From assembly GCA_051362555.1 (NCBI GenBank), contig CM120646.1:3348001-3412000 (forward strand): a DNA stretch of 64,000 bases. Reading direction: 5' to 3'. Every line of letters begins with the position of its first letter. The stretch's first letter is position 1. The notes beneath the pieces are model-generated. The model ran no database searches and was not told the DNA's origin. It saw nothing but the letters and a program-made list of their open reading frames with translations. Made by a program: the position numbers and the translations under genes. Shown piece by piece: positions 52,701 to 60,807 of this stretch. This DNA is from Lingula anatina. Its lineage: Eukaryota > Animalia > Brachiopoda.

Positions 52701-55467
52701 ATGATTATCCCTAGCCTCTAGTTCTATCTTTCTCAACCTAACTTTTAACTCAAGCGTCTCATTTTCCTTTTCTATTTTTGCAATATCTAATTTCTTCAAC
52801 TCGATGTCTAATTCTTTAAGCATTATTTCCGATTCTATGTCAGGCTTAGCTTTCTTTGCGTCTTTATCAGAGCTTGAGCTTAACGGTAAATCAATGTCAC
52901 TGATGTCTATGATTATTTCTTTCAACTGGCTCTTAGACATAGACGTTTGGACATCTGCCTCTAATATTTTACATATTGCGATTAAATCGGCCTTTTTGAA
53001 TTTTTGCAACTCTTCTATTGTGGGATTTTCTAAAAATTCTTTATACTCCGACATCTTTAGGCTACTACACTATCTACTACTATCTACACTATTGTACTAT
53101 CATAAATAAGACACAACTTTGAACCTAACTACTCATACAGTCTATTTGTTCAGTAGAAAACGCGTCATTTCCCGGACGAGCCCCCATTTTTGTTACGTCC
53201 TATATTGAGTTCTTTAATAACAAAAAAAATAAAGCATAAACATAAATACGAATGAAAACAAACACCTCAAATTAAAATGATAATATTTTACTAATTGAAC
53301 TAAAACCTAACTAAACATATAATAACATTGAACTAAATAACTTAACTAATATGGGCTTTATAATGTTCAAACAAAGTTAGTGTTCACAGGATAAAAGAGT
53401 CATTCCACGCACTTCCATTTCATTGTCATTGTTCATTTGTGTAGGCCTACGTACCTTCCTTGCGTTGTTCGTAATAGTCAATGCTTTTTCTCAACGTTTC
53501 TTATCTTTTGTCAATCATAGTTCCCTCTCTGTTTTCCGTCAACTTGTGTACTGATGCATGTACAATCATTCACTTTTTCCAGCTTCCATATTTTCCATCA
53601 ACTTGTGTACTAGTGCACGTACAGTCACTCACTTTCCTTTGCCTTTATGTATAGTACTATACATCCATGATCACTTAAAACATAGTCCATCTATGCTAGC
53701 TCCTTGCTCTCCACGCCTACATGTCGCTCTTCTCCTTCCTTTCTCAGTGGGTGTGTCCAAAAACCTCCACATCCGGGCTCCTTTATTTTTGTCCACAGTT
53801 GTCACCAAAAGTGACCACGAGTTATACTCGCTATAGTTATAATGCCCATTGATATAGAATACAATTGACAGGAGTACTAGTGCAACGTAACAGTATATAG
53901 AACAAAAATCCACGACTGGCTCAATTTAAATTCAAATTTTAATTTTTACCATGTCTTTTACATTACGCAGAGAGCCCTAAATAGTTACGTATGTTCCAAA
54001 AACGTGCGGTACACTGTACCTCAAGGGGCTTTGCGTCATGGCTAATATTTGGTATCGTATGTTCTCTAGAAAAATTATTACAATGTTTCATTGTTGGTGC
54101 AAGAGAAAACAGTGTTTTCTTTTGCTGACCGAAAAAACATATTGTGATTCCATGAGAGTTTGGCATTTCTGATATAATACTTGGAGCACGAGGGGAAAAA
54201 TAATTTATATAATGTTTACTTTACTGTCGGTAGGGTGTATTCCCCTCCCCCCCTTTTTTTTTAATATTCATTGACAAGCAAACTAAAGTTTTTCAAAGAC
54301 AATTGCTCTATACAGAAGATTATTTTAATTTTTTACAACGTTATACTTGAAGGAGATAAATCAAAGACCAAAACCAGTGATGACTGGATTTTCAAACGTT
54401 TCACAGTTGGACGTTTGCACTTGTGACATTAACGTATGTTCCTTTTTGGGGTTAGACGATGAATTATTTTTTATTATTCATGGTTCCAGTAGAGTGAAAC
54501 TCTGATACAAACTTCTTCATGTGAGGCCCTAACATAGTTTGCAATCTGAGCACTAAATATTTTAAGAGCATGCCTGTGACATCAATTGCACCTCTATATT
54601 ACAGTAGGTTTGGGTGTTTATGCGAGGACCGCCATATGCATAAGGATAAAAGAACTGTTTTGTTTTGTACTATTTTATTAAAAGGATAACAGTTCTTCAT
54701 ATGAAATTCAAAATTCCACAATGAAAATACATTGTAAGCAACACACAGAAATATTATAAATTCCATTTTACCACCAAAACGGTGTCTATCGCAATTATTC
54801 TGAAATATGTCGGACATCGTAGACCTTCATAGATGGCTACTCTCCGACCCGTAAAAACGCACTTAAAAACAATGCAATCAAATAGCTTTGAATGTTGGAT
54901 CAGATTCATTATCCATTACTAAAGATGGGAACATCGTCTATCACTTTTCCCGACAAAATGAAACGTTGCAAGCCATTCTGATATATTATCTGGAAAATAA
55001 TATATAAAATGGGGATTGACCCGCCGTTGGTTTCTTTGTCAACGTACAAACACAACTCGACTCAGCCTATGACTCATTTGTACTGACAATAACAAAAAAA
55101 GCCCCTCGCTTGGAAAAAATCTATAGCCTACAAAAGGGTCTACAAACATTGGCACTTATGAATAAGGGGACTGCGTAGTGAGCTCTAATCGGAGAATGTT
55201 AGGCAGAAAGATCCCCTTGCGTCCCAGGTTTTAATTTTTAATTTCAAACCTGTCAGTCAAGAAGAAATGTGAATAAGGTGGACTCAACCCACTCAACCAA
55301 TAAACAATTTTATTAATCTTATTCTCAATTAGTGATTTATATTATTGTACATTTGTTTAAATTGACCACTTATACGTTGCAAGGTATCCTGATATAGCTA
55401 CTAGAGGGCTATATTTATAACGGAAAAATAATATTGTATAAAAAAAGTCCCGTATAGACCCACCGTT

Positions 55468-55503
<36 letters not shown>

Positions 55504-56647
55504 TCAACGTGCAAAAACAACTCGACAAAGCCCACGACTCATTTGATACCCCCTGTATTGACAATAACAAAAAAAGCCCCTCTTTCGGATGAAGTCTATA
55601 CAGTAGGGTCTACAAACAGTTTCGCGATCACGATCATTAGCTGTAACCTGAGTAACATACCTATTTTGTATTTAAACTATATTAATTTATGCTATATTTA
55701 TATATTTGCCCAATGATCCATTTGTTCATTATTCCAGTTGTCTTTCTTTATATTTTCATATATCAATTTATAATACATTTACATCAAATAATACTAATTG
55801 TAAAATATTATATATATAGGAAGAGAATTAAAGAAACTAAGTTAAATTTTAATGAATTGGAAAAAATGATAAGGTGGTATTTTGAAGTAGAAAAATTCAG
55901 GTACATTAGTAAAGGTGAGAAAGAAAAGTTAAACAAAAATGGACATCATTAATACACTTGTTTCAGAAAGAAGACGAATGAATGAGGAGTGAGTGAGTGA
56001 GCGAGAGAACAATTTATGTAATTTGTAACAACATTTTCTTTCTGGGAGAATAAATATATTAAAAAAAAATTATAACACATCGAGGGAGAGGGAGAGAGAG
56101 ATAGATAAGATCGAATCATCTATTTCTGCTACTGACCTTGTTCCGGCTGTGAAACACTCGCAGTCAGCGCTCTCTGCAGATCACCCAGCGCTTTTTTGTC
56201 TTTAGGAAGGACTTCATTAGCATTAAAGTAAAGGGATCTTATAACCCTATATTTCTTCATTTTGTCGTTAATATCTTGGACGGTAACGCCAAGGGCACAT
56301 ACGGGTATGAACTCGGCACGTCCCAACCGATCTAGAAAGGCACTATCAGCAATATATTTGCTCCAGCAGTCTTGGATGAACGCCGGGCACATGACTGGTA
56401 CAATAAACTTCGACTTTTCTAAAGCATTAAAAGGTGCCTCAAAAACAAGTTGCCCAGGGTTCACGTCTCTGCGGGCATAGAATACATTAAGTTTACATTC
56501 TTTTTCCAAATATTCCAAGAGCGCTTCCGTAAATTTTTCACTTCTCGTTATAGCTTCCTCGTCTGCGTTTCCTGTAAACATTGTTCTATCACAACTCAAC
56601 AATAAAACGTCATATTTCCTCTGCTCTGCTCTGGAACTTGCCGCCAT
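43796..56647 (-). CDS. Gene E: TIR-domain protein with short tail, 264 aa predicted; exons 56137-56647, 47186-47276, 44289-44331, 43796-43945
   Basis: 511+91+43+150=795 nt, open. The usual exon-4 acceptor is deleted but the next CAG is in phase 0. Last exon NGDEGPGEPHFSEDVMHQTVEGLSIRGVALTIWTSMLHTENSTPQLFSS*. Gypsy element in intron 1. Confidence 0.68.
45273..46982 (+). mobile_element. Helentron/HINE-like non-autonomous element with ~146-bp internal tandem repeats (gene E intron 2)
   Basis: Starts AACTAG. Sub-terminal IR TGTACCACCAGC…GCTGGTGGTACA, 3' hairpin, about 4 core repeats at 45480-46000. Absent from the paralogous intron of gene D (~37590). Confidence 0.75.
47709..48410 (-). repeat. 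3' LTR of Gypsy element
   Basis: ~99% direct repeat of 53191-53892. Confidence 0.96.
48551..53054 (-). CDS. Gypsy/Gmr1 gag-pol (CCHC, protease LRDTGA, HHCC+DDE integrase, RT YIDD, RNase H) frameshifted by a 19-bp tandem duplication
   Basis: ORFs 52557..53054 and 48551..52546 join (…NLEWPIDKWCIMLQSV…, 1494 aa) when one copy of TCGGCCATTCTAAGTTTTT (52564-52601) is removed. Confidence 0.92.
53191..53892 (-). repeat. 5' LTR of Gypsy element
   Basis: Followed on the minus strand by the tRNA-Pro PBS at ~53170-53186. Confidence 0.96.
56137..56647 (-). CDS. Gene E exon 1, TIR domain (subtype 2, closest to F)
   Basis: ORF 56129..56647: YDVLLL, VFYARRDVNPG, SKFIVPVMCPAF. Confidence 0.88.
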
Positions 56648-58599
56648 ATCTCAGATAGGACTATTGATTTGTGAGTTCAATCTTCTTGTGTACAGTGTCC
56701 TAACAACGAGCTTTCCTACCTCTGCCAGTGTGTAAACCTATATATATTTTGGCCCCTTACTGTCAAGCGGAGAAAACTGAAGTGCCGTCGTATCGACAAC
56801 AATACAGGGAATATGTTTATATGTTGTTGCGTTTCCAACCAACGCCGCCAATTTGTTATACAGTACATTTATGCTTTATTCCAATAATCAATGATTGCAT
56901 TTGTCAGTCTTTAAAAATATAGTGCAGAGAAAGCCACATGTAAACGGGTACTTTCGGGTCTTTTGTGACATTCTTTTAAGTTTTAATATGAAAAATAAGT
57001 TAGAAAACTCTCCTTTATCTGATATACAGAAACCAATAGTCTAAAACAAGTGGGGCACTTGCGCTGAGGTGATTCATCCCCAGAAATAGACTGCATGACG
57101 TCACGCATAGCCCACTGCGCATGCGTGTATTTTTAATACGTTGCTAGATTGCCATAGATAAATGAATGGGTTCGCGATTCGTGGGTAATTCGTGATACTT
57201 GACAAACTAACGGCCTGCTGTCGATAGACAGCAACGCTGTGCTATGCTTCAAGCAACTCCTGACCAATAGGGTTTAAAAAAATTATGTTGTACACACGTA
57301 CTAAGAAGTTTGCCGTGCATTGCCTAGCCTACCCTCAGCAAAACGAAATTATTTTCAGAAATAGTGATTTTAGACTGTAGATTCACTCAGAAACAAAGGC
57401 AAACTAATTCGTTGCCGATAGCACCAGCAGATGGCAGCACCATACAGAGTCTGTTTTAAAACTTTCATGGCAATTGAAGAACTTTTACCACTGTACAATG
57501 GAGTCCAAAAAAAAAATAATAATAATAATAAAAAAAGCACTTGGCACAAATGTAAAACTGTCCAGTGCAAGGCCAAGAATTCAATCATTTTCAATCATAT
57601 TATCAGATTCTACATAAATTGACTGACAATATCACTATTTAATTAATCTCTTAATCCAAAATTCCTACCATCATTTAGTAATTATGCAAAATTCTTCTTT
57701 CAGATTGCTATTTATTTTAATTTTTTAATGCTGCAACTGTTCCAAAATAATCTTGCAGAAAAGGAAAAATACAAAATAGAAGTGGAAGACCATTTTTACT
57801 CAAATTATTCATTTATTTGAATATAAAAAGAATAAGATCACTATTTAACAACTTAAAATAATATTTCATGAACTCTTTCATAAATAACATATTAAACAAA
57901 AATAATAGTTATAAATTAGTGGTAATGGCTTATTCTGAAATATATGACCTCTGCACACCATCAGTACTTGGTACAGTATAGTTACTTCTTGGATACAGAG
58001 TTATATTTTTTATAATGTAACAATAAGAACAATATATATTACAATAAACTCCTCTGCACGTGTCAGACGCTAGTTACTACGAACTAACACTTGAGCACTT
58101 ATCACAGAGTCTGTGTACGATGACATTGTTGTGCTGTGATTGGCTAGTTAAGTCACGTGAAGCCCTACTGTAGCGCCCTCGCGTATCGCGTGAAAGCTGC
58201 GCATTATTGGCCTTTCAGCCAGAACTTCTAACACAGTCAGCGAGCCTTTCAGATTCATGGTGAACTTACTAAATGTAGGTCTATTTAACACCTGTCTGTC
58301 TCGTTTTTTTTTTTCCTTTTTGACACATGCATTGCATTTTTAAACACGAACGCTTCTTATGTTTGAGAATTCTGAAATATATGAAACGTCGCCAAGCTGA
58401 CTTTAAAAATGTTAAAGACTGTCTTAACCAAACAGACTAAGCGTGCTCGAAAGGTATACTGGAGTATCTGATTTGTTTTGTTAAATGAGCTTTGAAATTT
58501 TCATCATATGACTAACAATGTCACATCACTCCAATGCAGAGGTACTCCTTCCATCTTAAAACATAAAAACACACGCATGCATGCATGCATACATGTATG

Positions 58600-58636
<37 letters not shown>

Positions 58637-59587
58637 TAAGCGATAAAAGGCAAAACCAATACATTTACCGTCCTGTGTCCTATATAACTAGTTAACTGTC
58701 CTTATTAACAGTGTACTACATTAGGTTTACATAACATCTACCAGGGTGAGTGAGGTGATTTCTTTCAGTTTTAATTGTCACCTTTGCCAAAGATTGTAAA
58801 GATTTCCTTTGCCAAAGATTGTGAATTCTTCCAGACTATCTACATCTACAGTAGGTCTCGACTATAACTATTGCTGCATTTTTCTCCACTTCTAGACGAG
58901 GCCATATAAAATGTTTCACTAACTTTGGTAGGCCTATAATATTTTTAGGCCATTTAGAATTACAAACAACTTTGTGGGTACTGGTATCAGCAGTGATTTT
59001 GGTCGGTGATTACACATTCATTGCCCCAAATCAAAACAATTATATATACTGGGTATTTGTCGATAAAAAAAACTACGTAAACTTGATTTTAGTATGATAG
59101 TGCTATGCCATAAATACCAGTAAGCAATAAACAGAATATCCTCACATAACAATAACGCTGAGTTTTTGGTTTAAATAAAATGCTTTAAGTAATACAGGTC
59201 ATGCATTTCTCGACTTCATACAATACGGTACGTTCTATTTACCTTTGCAAATTATTTTTATTTTTATTATTATTATAATTATTAGTGTTACAATCTACAT
59301 TCTATTATGGCTTCAACAAGGTCTAATATCATCACATAATTTACATATCAGAACGTCGTATTTAAAAAAGATATTTTATGCGCCGTTTGAGGCCCATAAA
59401 CAGTTCATTAATGAACTGCCATCTCTTACTTCATCCTGGTGAAATATTTGGATGGACATCAAAGTTCTCTTAAACTTTTGCCAAAGTTTCTTTATGAAGA
59501 AACTTGATCACAACACATTAGATTTGATGGGTCTCAGTCTACACTTAAATTACTGGAATGTACACGAGTATTAACCTTACATTGTGC

Positions 59588-59712
59588 CATTAGTCAGTCT
59601 GTGCATTAGCCAGACCTAGCATTAGTCAGTCTTTGCATTAGCCAGACTTAGCATTAGTCAGTCTTTGCATTAGCCAGTCTCAACATTAGCCGGTCTTTGC
59701 ATTAGTCAGTCT
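59588..59712. repeat. 16-bp tandem repeat (GCATTAGTCAGTCTTT) immediately 3' of the stop codon; homologues at 34112-34210, 43706-43785, 25123-25165, 14700-14977
   Basis: Directly visible, with variable copy number between paralogs. Confidence 0.85.
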
Positions 59713-59738
59713 TATCAATGGCCATTCTTAGCATTGTT

Positions 59739-60293
59739 TTAAGCTGAGAACAGCTGTGGTGTCGAGTTTTCTGTACACAAAATACACATCCAGAAGACTG
59801 GGGCAACATCTCTAAGAAAAGATGACAGTGAACCCATCCAACCTCGCACAGAATTCTCGCTGCTTGCATCCTCCACAGCGTCTTGGCCCTGTCTCTCTTC
59901 GGCTGTGTCTTCGCCCATGGCTTCGCAATCCCTGTCTTCACGGTTTGGGCCCTGAAAAACTTTCGACTGTGTTTTGGACATAGGTGAGACGGGGCTGTAC
60001 CAGTCCACAGGGGGTGAGGAAGAACCACGGTCTTCAGGAGCGGCCGCATTTCCCTCACTGAAATTCTGATTTAATGGCTCCAGTCGCGCTGTAACGGAGT
60101 CACGGCCGGTGCCAACATGCACAAGTGGTCGTGGTGGTAAATCCTGACTCAGATTATCCCCGGGAGAACTCGGACCTGGTTGAGGTTGTCCTTCCACAGT
60201 TTGGTGCCTTACATCGTCGTTGAAGTGCGGTCCATATGAGCTTTCGACCCTTGTCTGACGTACTCCATCCCGAGGTTCTAGTGTCTTCATTCC
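59739..60293 (-). CDS. Gene F last exon (linker + conserved tail)
   Basis: ORF 59739..60290, acceptor AAAACAAG|GGA; tail WMGSLSSFLRDVAPVFWMCILCTENSTPQLF. Confidence 0.8.
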   Translation of the reverse strand, partial: GMKTLEPRDGVRQTRVESSYGPHFNDDVRHQTVEGQPQPGPSSPGDNLSQDLPPRPLVHVGTGRDSVTARLEPLNQNFSEGNAAAPEDRGSSSPPVDWYSPVSPMSKTQSKVFQGPNREDRDCEAMGEDTAEERQGQDAVEDASSENSVRGWMGSLSSFLRDVAPVFWMCILCTENSTPQLFSA

Positions 60294-60758
60294 CTTGTTT
60301 TGAAAGGAATAAAGAAATAATTTAATTTAATTTGTTATATTACAAATAATATGTTTTAGAATGCACATGTTGAAATGACGACATCTGTTATTCAAGTGTA
60401 TTTGGATGATACACATTTAGGTCTCCTATTAGATCAAGAGCAAAACAAATATGAAAAACAAATCATTTACATGTGAGAACATGCAATTTAACCAAAACGT
60501 TGATTTGTCGTGCAACTTTCGATTGTGGTATATATTTTTTGTCATTGCAGATATTCGGAGTAGTATATCACGTAATTAAACCTGAAGTAACTATTGTTCA
60601 TTAAATTAGATATGTATACCTCTTGCTGGCATTCCAAGCCGTCAGACTGTGTCTGGAGAAGAGGGGGAGGTTGGCCACCCCTGAAAAATTAAGAAAATGA
60701 AAATAAATGAAATTTGAAATAAGCTGAAATAACAACAATTTTATCAATTCCTTTTTAG

Positions 60759-60807
<49 letters not shown>

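Larger units (their letters stand above)
47709..53892 (-). mobile_element. Full-length Gypsy LTR retrotransposon, Gmr1-type (PR-INT-RT-RH order), in intron 1 of gene E
   Basis: 702-bp TG...CA LTRs (47709-48410, 53191-53892; ~6 substitutions), 4-bp TSD GTAT, tRNA-Pro PBS TGGGGGCTCGTCCGGGA, PPT AAAAGGGGAAGGG. Confidence 0.97.

Noticed and set aside
6863-53836. Duplicated small ORFs 6863/13464 and 48076/53558
   Set aside because: They lie within the LTRs and are duplicated for that reason; no coding hallmarks.
59588-59712. CRISPR-like array in the 16-bp repeats or the 146/178-bp repeats
   Set aside because: Head-to-tail tandem repeats without unique spacers; no cas genes; eukaryotic context.
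14973-60290. Pro/acidic ORFs (14973, 25161, 36202, 59739) as independent single-exon genes
   Set aside because: Each is preceded by a conserved phase-0 acceptor and joins upstream exons in frame. Gene A has GTG instead of ATG at that position and E lacks it.
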